DNA of 64,000 nt from assembly GCA_951406725.2 (NCBI GenBank), contig OX597830.1, forward strand, positions 21,576,001 to 21,640,000, given 5' to 3'. Made by a program: the position numbers and the translations under genes. The stretch is from Octopus vulgaris. Lineage: Eukaryota. Positions 27,567-45,350 of the stretch are shown one piece after another; within the stretch, counting starts at the first letter, position 1, and each line of letters opens with the position of its first letter. A model generated the notes under the pieces. It did no database searches and was not told where the DNA came from. It saw nothing but the letters and a program-made list of their open reading frames with translations.

Positions 27567-28271
27567 GTCGTCGTCATCAGCACCACCACCATTACATTGT
27601 TACAACTACTATAACGTACAATGGCGAAGATAACGAGAAACCAGGTCATGAGAATTGTGCCAAAGACATTCTTTAATGTAAGTCGTATGAATGGCGAGAC
27701 TGCGGCTTATCAGTGAAGTGTCGGTAACGGTGCAGAATGCGGCGGCGGCGGTGGTGGCGGCGGTGGTGGCGGCGGCGGCGGTTGTGGCGGCGGCGGCGGC
27801 GGCGGTGGCGGTTGTGGTGGTGGCGGTGGTGGTGGTGGTGGTGGTAGTGGTGATGAGTGGTGAGTGGTTGTGGCGTGGAAAACAATATGGTGGATGTAGT
27901 AGAAAAGCAAAAACAAAAAGAAAAAAAAGATGGACTTAGAAGATAGATAATGAAGACACAGAAGGGAATATAGAAGAAAGTGGTGGTGGTGGTGGTGGTG
28001 GTGGTGGTGGTGGTGGTGGTGGTGGTGGTGGTGGTGGTGGTACTATGATAATAAGTGAAGAGGTAGAATGCGTTCGACTTACAAAACACCGCAGGGGGAA
28101 TAGAGGGAAAAGAAAGGTAAAAGTTGAATGAGAGTGTCGAGTGGGGAGAAGGAGGTTAATGAAGTGGGCAATATGAACAGAAGATGGTTCGTAAATTCTA
28201 TTCATATTCATGTTGCTTTTATATTTGTGCGTCTGTGTGTTTGTGTGTGATTGTGTATGCAAGTGTTCATG

Positions 28272-28377
<106 letters not shown>

Positions 28378-28479
28378 CATGTATATGTATATGTAGGTAT
28401 TATGATTACTGAAAATAAGTATGGAATATACAAGGAAGAAATCAAGAGAATAACAAAATCGAGAAATGAAAAAGGTTTA

Positions 28480-28935
28480 GGTCGACCTACCTACCGTATA
28501 TCATAAATCTAAATCTAAATTATCCGCAGAATATTCACAAAGTTGACCCGATAAACGTGTCATTAAACATATACAGCGAGCTGTTCGATAAAACAACATA
28601 AATATTAGTCATAGCTGCATAGAAGTCGTCGACAGTTAGGTATACCGAAGTAAGGAGGAACAAATCAAAGGCAGCACTAAGATGCAACTATGCCAACACG
28701 GTGACACCTCCATTTAATGACACATGCCTAACAATGGCACTAATGTATCGAAGCAAAGTTTCATTCATACATTGCATCCACAAGGTTAACAAAAAATCCT
28801 CAAGAACAGATATACACAACACACCTACTCCTTCAGAAATAAATCTATGAAATCTCAGATCGGTATCTCATTATGTTTGCAGCTTGAAGGGGAGTTTAAA
28901 CAATATGTCAATAAGCTGGACTGTAACTGAAGTTA
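28480..28935 (+). mobile_element. Decayed Penelope-like element: linker plus GIY-YIG endonuclease region
   Basis: Frameshifted peptides LFDK-NINISHSC, RCNYANTVTPPFNDTCLTMALMYRSKV, LKNRYTQHTYSFRNKSMKSQ and NMSISWTV. They follow the order seen in PLE C-termini (SYSC..CNC..CPL..CL..VY..KQRY..H..SF..W). Confidence 0.65.
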
Positions 28936-29156
28936 TAATAACTCTCAATATAGCATTCTGATAATAGCTCCAATACTTCAATGCTACTTAAACTAACACC
29001 ACCGCCACCATCATAACATCCGGTTACACCACCACACCCACTACCAACATCATCATCATCATCAACACCACCGCACCAACATCATCACCGCCACCTTGTC
29101 AATTACGTGTAGATATTTGAGATGCTACAAAAACCAGATGTTATCGATGAACAAGA

Positions 29157-29317
29157 CACAGGAGTGGCTGTGTGGTAAGTAGCTTGCTTACCAACCACAT
29201 GGTTCCGGGTCCAGTGCCACTTCATGACACCTTGGACAAGTGTATTCTACTTTAGTCTCGGGCCGACCGAAACCTTGTGAGTGGATTTTGTAGACGGAAA
29301 CTGAAAGAAGCCTGATG

Positions 29318-29370
<53 letters not shown>

Positions 29371-29497
29371 TTTTACTGCTTCAGTTATTTGACTGCGGCC
29401 ATGCTGGAGCACCGCCAATAGACGAGCAAATTGGCCCCAGGACTTATTCTTTTTAAGCCTAGTACTTATACTATCGGTCACTTTGCCGAACCGCTAA
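29157..29497. mobile_element. SINE-B 5' module (+, 29157-29313) and SINE-B 3' module (-, 29370-29497) separated by (TA)n
   Basis: GGAGTGGCTGTGTGGTAAGTAGCTTGC..CACCTTGGACAAGTG. The second part matches 44875-45010. Confidence 0.8.
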
Positions 29498-29506
29498 ATG
29501 ATAATG

Positions 29507-29582
<76 letters not shown>

Positions 29583-29979
29583 GTAGGTGTAAACACATGA
29601 ACAAAATAAGAATAAACAAAAGCAAAAACAAATTACACGAACGTATATAAACAGGAGATACAAATATTACAGACATTTCCCCACACACACACACTAACTA
29701 AACATAGACGCACATAGAGATATACGCATGCGGAAATGAAGACACATACAATAGAAATGCGAAATGGCTGACAATTAGTAAGGAGAGACACACAAATAAG
29801 AAAGAAGAAAGCAAAGAACCACTGATGCTGTCACAGGAGTGCGACGAAAGAACTCTGGCCGAAATAAGATTAAGATTAATGTAAAAAATAAATAACACTG
29901 AAGCAAAGTAACACCAAATATATAGTGCGTATGTTTTTATTGGCTAAACTGGCAAAATGACCATTCCGAAATGCAACAA

Positions 29980-33834
<3,855 letters not shown>

Positions 33835-33854
33835 TAATAATAATAATGATAATA

Positions 33855-34268
33855 AAGACCTACCAAAAACTGAGCAAATATAAAGATCTTGAAATAGAAA
33901 TCAGCAAAATGTGGAAGCTGAAGACTAAAACAATACCTGTTGTCATAGGTGCCCTGGGAATGATAGCAAAGGGGCTGATCGCTACCTAACTCAGATACCA
34001 GGAAACCCAAAAATGGCAGAAATTCAAAAGATAGTGCTCATGGGAACTGCTCATATCCTACGCAAAATACTTTCTATGTAATCTCAAGGTTTAAAACAAA
34101 CATAATTTTTTTTGTAGACATTCACTAGTACAACACCAAAAAAAACAACAACAAATATATGGTACACTAGGCATAACAACAACATGAACTTCCAACCTGT
34201 TGTCTCTTGAGGTCTCTGGGTGAGACTTGGAGCCAACTTGTACAAATATAAAGCAAAAGTCAAACATA

Positions 34269-34269
<1 letters not shown>
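33855..34269 (+). mobile_element. 5'-truncated Dong-1 copy
   Basis: KTYQKLSKYKDLEIEISKMWKLK.. plus the same 3' UTR, flanked by (TAA)n. Confidence 0.9.
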
Positions 34270-34300
<31 letters not shown>

Positions 34301-34963
34301 GGTTCAAATTTTGCCACAAGGGCAGCAATTTTGAGGAAGAGGATGAGTTGATTATATCGACCCCCCTAATATTTAACTGGTACTTATTTAATCGACCTTG
34401 GGAATTCTTTACATTTTTAGGCGTGATCAGTCAAGTTTGTCTTTCATTCTTTTGGGAGTCGATAAAATAAATACCATTCAAGTACTAGGGTCGATATAAT
34501 GACGAACCACCTCCCTCTTTAATTTTGTACCAAAACTCGAAACCGTTATTATTGTGTATGTATCGGTTCGATTGTACGAGCGTGTGCGTGTAGGATAGTT
34601 TATAGAAACGAAAGAAATATAATTTAATACATAAGATTGACTGTTTATGTTATTTTGTTTATATCCGAGAAGTCATATCAATGACATAAAAACCTAGAGT
34701 TTCATGTTGAAACACTAATTGAAAATTCACACGGAACACACACATACATACATAAATACGAACACACGCACACAGATGGACATATGTGCACACACACACA
34801 CGCATACACACAAACATACGCACACACACATATACTCACACGCATATGTAAGTATATATATATATATATATATATATGTAAATATATATACACATATATA
34901 CATAAATACATATAAATATATATACATACATACATACATCCATACATACATAAATACATATAT

Positions 34964-34999
<36 letters not shown>

Positions 35000-35193
35000 T
35001 TATGTGTGTGTGTGTTTATTATGGTAGTTTTGACTTTAAGAGTCCCTCCTAGCGTGAGGCATTTATGTATAGTAATGCCCTTTATATAAATAAATATATT
35101 TAAAGGGAAAAATTAATAAAGCTTCACCTTATGAAGTTTTTCAGGCTAACTATTTGATAATTTCTTATAAAGTTTTTATCCAATTTTTAAATT

Positions 35194-35233
<40 letters not shown>

Positions 35234-35380
35234 GATTAAACAGCTGAAATTACTAAGATGATCCGGTTCCCGACTGAAGATTAGAGGCTTCGAGTGACCC
35301 GTCTGTTTTTTTGTGTCGTCCCTTTGTGTGTTTTTGCGTTCTTGTCCCACTTTGTAATTTATATTTTATATTTAATTTCT

Positions 35381-35412
<32 letters not shown>

Positions 35413-35486
35413 CTGAATGGCGGTGCCCTAGCATGGCCACAGCTCATGAGCTGAAACTAGATAAAATAAATGAAATAAAATAAATA

Positions 35487-35534
<48 letters not shown>

Positions 35535-35586
35535 GATGATTCAAAAGCCGCCATACATAAGAAGAAATACATATAGATAGATATAT

Positions 35587-35626
<40 letters not shown>

Positions 35627-35642
35627 TTATTTATTTTATTTC

Positions 35643-35696
<54 letters not shown>

Positions 35697-36406
35697 CAAA
35701 ATAATTAACAAGGATCTCCAGAGGATATCTGCATTACCTCTTGATATCCTTGTTGTTTATTTTGATTTTAATCCCCTTACTTCGAAATTGTATGGATAAT
35801 ACCGTACTAAATTCTGGTGCCTCAAATTAAGTACCATAGTCATCTGAATCTAAATTGTTGCTGAACTTATATATATATATATATATGTGTCTGTTTGTGC
35901 GCGTGTGTATGTGTGTAAACACACATTCACACACTTACATACGCACACACACGTACACTCAAACATATACCTTTTAACTGTTGGATTGCGGCCATAAGGC
36001 AGCACCGCCTTGAAGTGTTTAGTTAAACAAATCGATTCCAGTTCTTATCTTTTAGTTTGATACCCCATCGTGGCTTCGACTGATAATTACACACACACAC
36101 ACACACACACACATACACACACACATCAGTACACATATGCGTGTGGGTACATGCATGTGTCTGCGTGTGTGTGTGTGAGACTGTGTTTGTCTAATTACGT
36201 TGACCAATCAAAGTTTGAGGGAATTCGTCACGTGTCAGTATGTGCACCTGCTGTTCGGACGACGTCACTTGATGAAATTTGTCGGTTACATAATCTGCAA
36301 GCTTAACCTAGTTTTTCTAGAAGCAAACTAATTGCGTAGGTCAGTGAAAACTATATACATATATATAGAGAGACTTACGTCTATATACACAGTTTATATA
36401 TGTGTA

Positions 36407-36447
<41 letters not shown>

Positions 36448-36867
36448 CGTGTCTTCTTTCAATGCACTTCTGCCGTCACAACGGCGCACGGTCCCTGCAT
36501 GTATGCATGTGTATTCACGTGTGAGACAGTGTATGTATATGCATGTATATGAGTGTGATTGTGCATGTGTGTGTGTGTGTATATATATATGTGCGTGCGT
36601 GTGTGTGTGTGTTTGTGTGTGTGTGTGCCTCCCACTTCATGTTTGTCTTTCTCTTTCTTCCACCCTTTCTCTTTTTCTTGTTCACACACGCAGCCCTCCC
36701 CCTGACAAATAAATATTTGTATATGTGTGTGCGCGCGCGCATATGTGTGCATGGATGTGAGTGTGCACCACTAGTCACATACTTCTATCTTTCTCTTCCT
36801 ATCCTTCCTCCTCCTCCTCCTCTCTCTATCCACCTACCTATCGATATATATATATATGCATATATAC

Positions 36868-36934
<67 letters not shown>

Positions 36935-36959
36935 TCCCATGCACATAAACACAAACACA

Positions 36960-37041
<82 letters not shown>

Positions 37042-37691
37042 GATATAGATATATACCCATGCAAGCATACATACATACACACATGCACACACACATATAT
37101 ATATATATATATGCATTCATACAAGTATACACACGCATATACACCTACATAAACACGCACTGCACGTATATATAGAAAATAAGGTGTGTCAAATATATAC
37201 AGTAATCTACACACACACACACACTCGCGCACACACACGCATACACACACGCACGCACGTATACATGCACTCAGACGTATACACACACAGACACACGCAC
37301 ACTCCTACATAGACTCATATATATGCTGGTGTCTATATACTCATACATATATATATATATATTCATATTAACAAGCACACAGGCATATATACACGCACTT
37401 TTTGTGTATATAGACCTATATTTATATAGACACGCAGTTGGTGTTTATAATTTGTTATAAAACTAAAACAAAAACAGAGATCTAGCGATTCGTTGTATGT
37501 TTAAGTGTGTGTGTGTGTGTGTGTGTATGTGTGTGTGTGTGTGTGTGTATGTGTGTGTGTGTGTGCTATTTATGTGTATGTATAGGTATTTTATATGCGT
37601 ATATGCATATATGTATGGGTATTTATATGCGCACAAATGTGTTCGTGTGTACGTATGTATACATATATATATATGTATATGTAAGTATACG

Positions 37692-37789
<98 letters not shown>

Positions 37790-37881
37790 TATATATATGT
37801 ACATGTATACTTATGTAAATACATATATGTATATGTATATATTTGTAATATATATGTTATACGCATATGTATGTATACGTG

Positions 37882-37915
<34 letters not shown>

Positions 37916-38052
37916 CGTGTGTGTGTGTATATATATAGAGAGAGAGGGAGAGAGAGAATAATTGATAGACAGACAGATTGTTACATATATACATATATAC
38001 ATATATATATACGTATATATATGTGTGTGTGTGTGCGTGTGCGCGCACGTGC

Positions 38053-38093
<41 letters not shown>

Positions 38094-38192
38094 TCTACAT
38101 GTATTTGTAAGCAAATTTGTGTGACATATAATTAATTGTGTTTGTATCTATGTCTATGTGTGCATGCTCCTATGTATATGCATATATATATG

Positions 38193-38280
<88 letters not shown>

Positions 38281-38700
38281 TGTATGTATGTATGTATGTA
38301 TGTGTGTGTCTGTATACGTATGGTCCAGTGCAGGTGTATTTGTATGGATGTAGATGTGTGTATGTTTATGTAAAACTACACCAGTTTTTGTGCATGTGTA
38401 CTACGTATTCATTTCTGTAAACCTACATGTGTGTTATGTTCGTTCGTGTGTGTGTGTGTGCATTTGTTTATTTTATGTTTACATTGGTGGCCATGTGCAT
38501 AAGGAGCTTGTTGCGCAACAGCGTGATTATTCAGCGAGGCCCTTAGGCTAATTCATTCTAATATAGCATTGGTTAATAAAAGCTTTATAAGAGTAATTTC
38601 TTCCTCGGAAACTGTGTGGAAACCTCTCGTTTATGTATAATGTAATATAGATAGATAGATGGATAAGTTTTAACATAATGCATTAGGTGTATGTGAGTGA

Positions 38701-38734
<34 letters not shown>

Positions 38735-38741
38735 TCTCATG

Positions 38742-38853
<112 letters not shown>

Positions 38854-39462
38854 AGTAAATCCAAAAAGATCAAACACAAAAAAAATAACAACGCTAGTAC
38901 GTGGTATATGTAATGTATTAGCAGGAAAGGAAAGAAAGATGGTTGGTTTAACGTTTCGAGCAGACGCACTTCTTCGGAACAGAGGAAAGTACAATAGAAG
39001 GGAAAATCGGCAACGATTCACATGTGGTTACATTTTGAAATGACCGGAAGGGAATGGACAAAGAGGAAGTTCTTTCTAAAACAGGAGAGTGTAAGAGAAA
39101 GAGGTATGTGTGTGTATGTGTGGGTGTGTGCACGCGCACAGTTCTGTGTGTGTGTGTGTATGTGTGTGCATGTGTGTGTATGTGTTGTGTGTGTGTGTGT
39201 GTGGTTTTGGCTGTTTATATCTCTATGTGTGAGTGAACTTTGTGTCGCTTAATGTTGTAGGAAGAATTTGGTAGTAGGAGTGGCTGTCTTTTGTGTAGTG
39301 TGTTTCTTCACATGTGCATAGAGGAATGGTCTGTACGAAGGTGTTTGACTGGCAGTTTGAAGTATGTGTGTACGTGCGTATGTTCGTGTGTACGTGTATG
39401 TATATACTTTCTGTGTGTGTGTGTGTGTGTGTGTTTTGTGTGTAGGGCGTGCATGCGTCTTC

Positions 39463-39508
<46 letters not shown>

Positions 39509-39523
39509 ATATATATATATATA

Positions 39524-39721
39524 GGAAGAATTCACAAAAAAAAACAAAAAAACAAAAGACGAAGACAGGTGGTGTAGACAACAAACAGATGTATTAGTAT
39601 AACGCTTGGGAAGTGAAAAAGTCTTTAACGCTTCGAGCCTACGCTCTTCTACAGAAAGGAACACAGAAAGAAACAAGGAGAGAAAATAAAGAATGTGTAG
39701 TGGCAAGCAATCTATCATGGC

Positions 39722-39722
<1 letters not shown>
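39524..39722 (-). mobile_element. ~200-bp (TA)n-flanked cassette with a hammerhead-like motif (Penelope pLTR-like)
   Basis: A second copy lies at 45578-45768 and a related cassette at ~38873-39000. Minus strand reads CUUU-CUGUAGA-A-GAGC-guag-GCUC-GAAG-CG-UU-AAAG. Confidence 0.55.
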
Positions 39723-39756
<34 letters not shown>

Positions 39757-40154
39757 CATATATATATAAATACACACATACATAATATGTATTTGCATGC
39801 GTGTATGTATGCATGTACGCATGTATATATATCTAATGTATATTCAAGCTTTAGGACAATATAAAGCATATCACCATAAAAATAGATACATACATACGTA
39901 CATATATACAAAGATACGTACGTACGTACGTATATATATAAAAAGTCGTTAAACAAATACATATCCTCTCAGACAATGTGGTCTCAGGTTTCGTGTAAAT
40001 GTAAACCCGTCAGCGAGATGGGCGCTGGTAGTATATATCGTCTCAACTGAAAGGTTCTTGCGGATCAGTTAAATTGAATTGAAGCATTCAGCAAAGGAAT
40101 ACGAACCGTAAATTTGAAAACCGCTCACAAATGTATAAATAGTCAGTATGTATG

Positions 40155-40200
<46 letters not shown>

Positions 40201-40562
40201 TACATACATACATACATACATACATACATGCATACATACATACATACATACATACATACATACATACATACATACATACATACATACATACATACATACA
40301 TACATACATGCATGCATGCATACATACATACATATATATATATATATTATATAAAAACCGTTCTGTCTGTCTGTGTGTCATCTAGGATATCGGGCATCCT
40401 CCATCCGATTGCGCTCAAATTTGATATGTAGATACAAAAGGTATCAGGGCGTGTATAAGTCTTGAAAAAAATTACAAAAATCGATTCCAGGTGAGAATCC
40501 CTCTTCCCTGAAAGTACTGGTATTGTGCCAAAATTTGAAACTGATATTTAATTATAAAAATA

Positions 40563-40809
40563 CGAAGGATTGCTGAAAAGTTCCTGTTTTTAAGGGTATC
40601 GCAAAAGGCCTGGATGGAGTTCTTTTACAGGACTTAGAAAAACCGAAGGATCACTGCAATAAGTGCGGCTAGATGGAAATACAGTAGGATCAGTTACTTA
40701 TGATTTCATTCAACATATTCTCCTCTCAGAATCACACACTTATTGCAGCGGTGCTGTTCGTCCTGTATTTTCTTTTACTCAAAGCCAAGAACTTTTCAGC
40801 AAACCCTCG
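40563..40809. mobile_element. Internally deleted mariner-type element (MITE)
   Basis: TIRs CGAAGGATTGCTGAAAAGTTC ... GAACTTTTCAGCAAACCCTCG with TA flanks. Transposase C-terminal-like remnant GLRKTE..HCNKC. Confidence 0.7.
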
Positions 40810-41077
40810 TAAATCATAATTTTGAAAACATTGAATGTTTATGGTGGTCCAGTAGTGTAAAATAGGAATCCATCGACAAAATATGGTTGAGAACCAACGT
40901 CTTCTTTAAACGATCGAAAAAATAAAATACCAGTTAAAAACTGGGGTTGATATAAATTGAGTCTATTCCCTTCTTCGCAAAATTTGCATTCTTCTGCCAT
41001 AAACTTAAAAAATGAACTCTACAATTTTACCGCTTCATTCTGCTAAGAACACATCTCTCTTTATTGTATAATCTTCT

Positions 41078-42003
41078 TATTTCTTTATTGCCGACAAGGG
41101 GCTAAACACAGAGGGAACAAATAAGGACAGACAAACGGATTAAGTCGATTACATCGACCCCAGTGCGTAAGTGGTACTTATTTAATCGACCTCGAAAGGA
41201 TGAAAGGCAAAGTTGACCTCGACGGAATTTGAACTCAGAACGTAGCGGCAGACGAAATGCCTATTTCTTTACTACCTACAAGGGGCTAAACATAGAGGGG
41301 ACAAACAAGGGCAGACAAACGGATTAAATCGATTACATCGACCCCTGTGCGTAAGTGGTGCTTAATTTATCGATCCCGAAAGGATGAAAGGCAAAGTTGA
41401 CCTCGGTGGAATTTGAACTCAGAACGTAGCGGCAGACGAAATACCTATTTCTTTACTACCCACAAGGGGCTAAACATAGAGGGGACAAACAAGGACAGAC
41501 AAACGGATTAAGTCGATTACATCGACCCCTGTGCGTAAGTGGTGCTTAATTTATCGACCCCGAAAGGATGAAAGGCAAAGTTGACCTCGGTGGAATTTGA
41601 ACTCAGAGCGTAGCGGCAGACGAAATGCCTATTTCTTTACTACCCACAAGGAGCTAAACATAGAAGGGACAAACAAGGACAGACAAACGGATTAAGACGA
41701 TTACATCGACCCCTGTGCGTAAGTGGTGCTTAATTTATCGACCCCGAAAGGATGAAAGGCAAAGTTGACCTCGGTGGAATTTGAACTCAGAGCGTAGCGG
41801 CAGACGAAATACCTATTTCTTTACTACCCACAAGGGGCTAAACATAGAAGGGACAAACAAGGACAGACAAACGGATTAAGTCGATTACATCGACCCCTGT
41901 GCGTAAGTGGTGCTTAATTTATCGATCCCGAAAGGATGAGGGGCAAAGTCGACCTCCGCGGAATTTTAACTCAGAACGTAGAGGCAGACGAAATACCGCT
42001 AAG
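41078..42003 (-). repeat. Tandem array of five 184-bp SINE-A units
   Basis: Units start at 41078, 41262, 41446, 41630 and 41814. Junctions read AAAGAAATA|GG(C/T)ATTTCG. Confidence 0.92.
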
Positions 42004-42114
42004 AATTCGATGCTGGTAATACTTCGGTCCATTTTGTACTATTTCTGGACACAATGCGCCGGGAGAAGGTGAGATTGACTAGACGATTCTGGTGTTGCTG
42101 TTCTTGCTGCTGCT

Positions 42115-42404
42115 GTTTGTTTGTTTCTTTCTTTGTTGAGCGAAGCGGTCTTCGTCCTCTTCGGAGAAGTCCGAAACGTAGTCCTTTGCTATTCGTAAGA
42201 CCCGCAGAAAAGAAAGCAGGTCAACCCCCGACACCGAGAGCATCGACGGATGGATGAATGCGCATCCAGGCTCAGCGGTTGCGTAGGAAGTCGGGGACAA
42301 GAAACAGGAAGAAAGAGTGAGAGAAAATTGGAGCGAAAGAGTACAACAGGGGTCGCCACCACCCCCGGCGGAGCCTCGTGGAGCTTTAGATGTTTTCGCT
42401 CAAT
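42115..42404 (-). mobile_element. SINE-C core plus tail type 4, 5'-truncated
   Basis: Core GAAACAGGAAGAAAGAGTGAGAGAAA..GAGCCTCGTGGAGCTTTAG.TGTTTTCGCTCAAT with an unrelated GC-rich tail. Confidence 0.7.
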
Positions 42405-42517
42405 GCTGCTGTTGTGACAGCTATAGTTGTTTATGATGTTATTGCTTATGATGCTGTCGTTGTTGCTGCGCTCTTGATGTTGCTATAGCTGTTGTTGTTG
42501 TTGTTGTTGTTGTTGCT

Positions 42518-42548
<31 letters not shown>

Positions 42549-42862
42549 ACAGGTCACTGGATGTTGAACGATTGTGGTCGATTGATGCATGCTGGGTAAT
42601 AGTACCGATACTGATTATCTTTGCCATTATTGTTTCAGCTAATCTTCTTGAAAGATTGCATTACGCGCATCCAGATACAGGTGTACACACACACACACGC
42701 ACGCACGCACAAGCAAATACACACGCACATATGCACACATCACTGAAGGCTTAACGCAGGAAAATTGCTTTCCAAACTAAAAACCATTACATCAGCGGTC
42801 TTTCTCTCTCTCCCCTACTCTCTCTATCTCTCTGTTTATCTATCAACCTACCTATCTATCTC

Positions 42863-42913
<51 letters not shown>

Positions 42914-43384
42914 GTATATATATCTATCTATCTATCCATTCATCTATCTATATATATATTAAGAATAAAATGTTTTGAATGATACAACAATGCACTATAA
43001 TACAGACAATGGGCTATATACCTGTTGTAATTTAGTCATCCACAGTCCGATATGATATTTCGGAATGAAATTCCTTCTTCAGATATTCTTAGATGTAGTC
43101 ACTGCTATAATCGGTTTTCTAATGACTTTTCTTTTCTATTATATACATATGTATTTCCATATTTCACACTATGGGTTCAGCATTCGTGAGAATGTATTTA
43201 CCGTAAAAGTCCATATGTTACCATCCATGTACTGTTGTATTTTACCATAACTTGATGCCATGTGTAATACAAAGCTCGGTTTTGGGACCTAAATTTTCTT
43301 AGACGTATAATAACATATGTATAACACCTGGTGTTCTACAACTTCTATAAGAGTAAATAATCTACTACAATTCGACATATTAGT

Positions 43385-44400
43385 CGTTTCGCTTGCCTTT
43401 ACGTTCGGAGTTCAAATTTCGCTGAGGTCTAGTTTATGTTTCATTCTTTCAGGGTCGATGTAATAAATAACAGTTAAGCACTGGGGGGGTCGATGTAATC
43501 GACTTACATGCCCACTGACCTGAATTTTCTGGGCCTTTGCCAAATTTTAAAACAATATTTCGCTTTTTTTTATTATTATTATTAAGTAAGGCAGCGAACT
43601 GGCAGAAACGTTAACATTCCAGGCAGAATGCTCAGCGGTATTTCGCCTGCCGCTACGTTCTGAGTTCAAATTCCGCCGAGGTCGACTTTGCCTTTCATCC
43701 TTTCAGGGTCGATTAGATAAGTACCAGTTACGCACTGGGGTCGATATAATCGACTTAATCCGTTTGTCTGTCCTTGTTTGTCCTCTCTGTGTTTAACCCC
43801 TTGTGGGTAGTAAAGAAATAGGTATTTCGTCGGTCTCTACGTTCTGAGTTCAAATTCCGCCGAGGTCGACTTTGCCTTTCATCCTTTAGGGGCGATAAAT
43901 TAAGTACCAGTTACGCACTGGGGTCGATATAATTGATTTAATCCCTTTGTCTGTCCTTGTTTGTCCTCTCAGTGTTTAACCCCTTGTGGGTAGTAATGAA
44001 ATAGGTATTTCGTCCGTCTGTACGTTTTGCGTTTAAATTCCGCCGAGGTCGACTTTGGCTTTCAACTCTTCGGGGTCGATGAAATAGGTATCAGTGAAGC
44101 ACTGAGGTCGATACAATCCCTCCCTTCCCCAAAGTTGACGGCCTTGTGCCAAAATTTGAAACAAATATTTCGCATTTTTATGTAAGGTAGCGAGGTAGAA
44201 GTATCGTTACCGCGACCGGGTAAAACGATTAACGGCATTTCGTCAATCTTTACGCTCCAAGTTCAAATTCCACCGAGGTCTACTTTACTTTTCACTTTTC
44301 AGGGTCGATAAAATAAGAACCAGTTAAGCAATGGAATCGATTTAATCGATTTACCTCTCTCCCGAAAGTACTGGATTTGTGCCGAATTCAGAAACCTATA
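43385..44400 (+). mobile_element. SINE-A cluster including a trimer (43588-44163) and two older flanking copies
   Basis: Head at 43588. Junctions GAAATA|GGTATTTCG at 43820/43821 and 44003/44004. The last unit carries the alternative tail. Confidence 0.88.
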
Positions 44401-44874
44401 TTTCGTTTGATATACAAAATATATTGATATATAATAAGCAAAACATTTAAAATATAACAATGCCTTATTATATTTATGTTTTCTGTTTTAACAAAGGGAG
44501 TAAAGAAAAATTTTCTAGCCAAATACTATGTATTATAGTATTCATAATACTATGTATTATACGTACCTCAGACTCTAATCTTGATTTCGTTGAATAAGAA
44601 ATCTATACTGTAGACCGAGTTTTACAGTAATTCAAAGATGGGTAAAGAGTATGGTACCCAGATATAAACATATAGCTGTCGAATGTTACTCCAACAGAAA
44701 TAATTGTTCTACCACAATGTATTCGTAGTATCAGAGCAGGTACTGACGTTTAGGACACTTTGCAAGAATTTTTGAGAGATTTACACATACTTACATACAT
44801 ACATATATACATACATACATACATACATACATACATACATACATACACATATATATATATATATATAAATGCAT

Positions 44875-45241
44875 ATTCTCTCTTTTACTTGTTTCAGTCA
44901 TTTGACTGCGGCCATGCTGGAGCACAGCCTTTAGTCGAGCAAATCGACTCCAGGATTTATTCTTTATAAGCCGAGTACTTATTCTATCGGTCTCTTTTGC
45001 TGAACCGCTATGTTACGGAGACGTAAACACACCAGCATCGGTTGTCAAGCGATTTTGGGGGGACAAACACACACACATATATAAATATACATATTACGAT
45101 GGGCTTCTTTCAGTTTCCGTCTACCAAATCTACTCCCAAGGCTTTGGTCGATCTGAGGCTATAATAGAAGACACTTGCCCAAGGTGCCACGCAGTGGGAC
45201 TGAACCCGTGGTTGGTAAGCAAGCTACTTACCACACAGCCA
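44875..45241 (-). mobile_element. Near full-length SINE-B (tRNA head, CORE-like CCTTGGGCAAGT block, internal microsatellite, 3' module)
   Basis: Colinear with 60317-60709. Confidence 0.85.
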
Positions 45242-45279
45242 CGTTCTGTATTGCCTCGTATTTATATATTAATCTTGGC

Positions 45280-45350
45280 TTTCCTGCTGATGATAGCTGC
45301 GCCTGGAAAATTATTTTGCTGAAGATAGCTTGAAACCATGGTACAGGAAA
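45280..45350 (+). ncRNA. Type I hammerhead ribozyme motif (minimal helix III)
   Basis: Helix I UUUCCUG/CAGGAAA (7 bp); CUGAUGA at 45287-45293; helix II AGCUG/UAGCU; GAAA-C-CAUG-G-UA with a GUA cleavage triplet at 45341-45343. Confidence 0.7.

Noticed and set aside
24617-27939. His-, Ala/Val- and Thr-rich ORFs suggesting a low-complexity protein
   Set aside because: Degenerate trinucleotide repeats are open in several frames on both strands, with no domain or supportable splice structure.
41078-42003. CRISPR-like regular repeat
   Set aside because: The units are contiguous 184-bp SINE bodies with no unique spacers, the context is eukaryotic and there are no cas genes.
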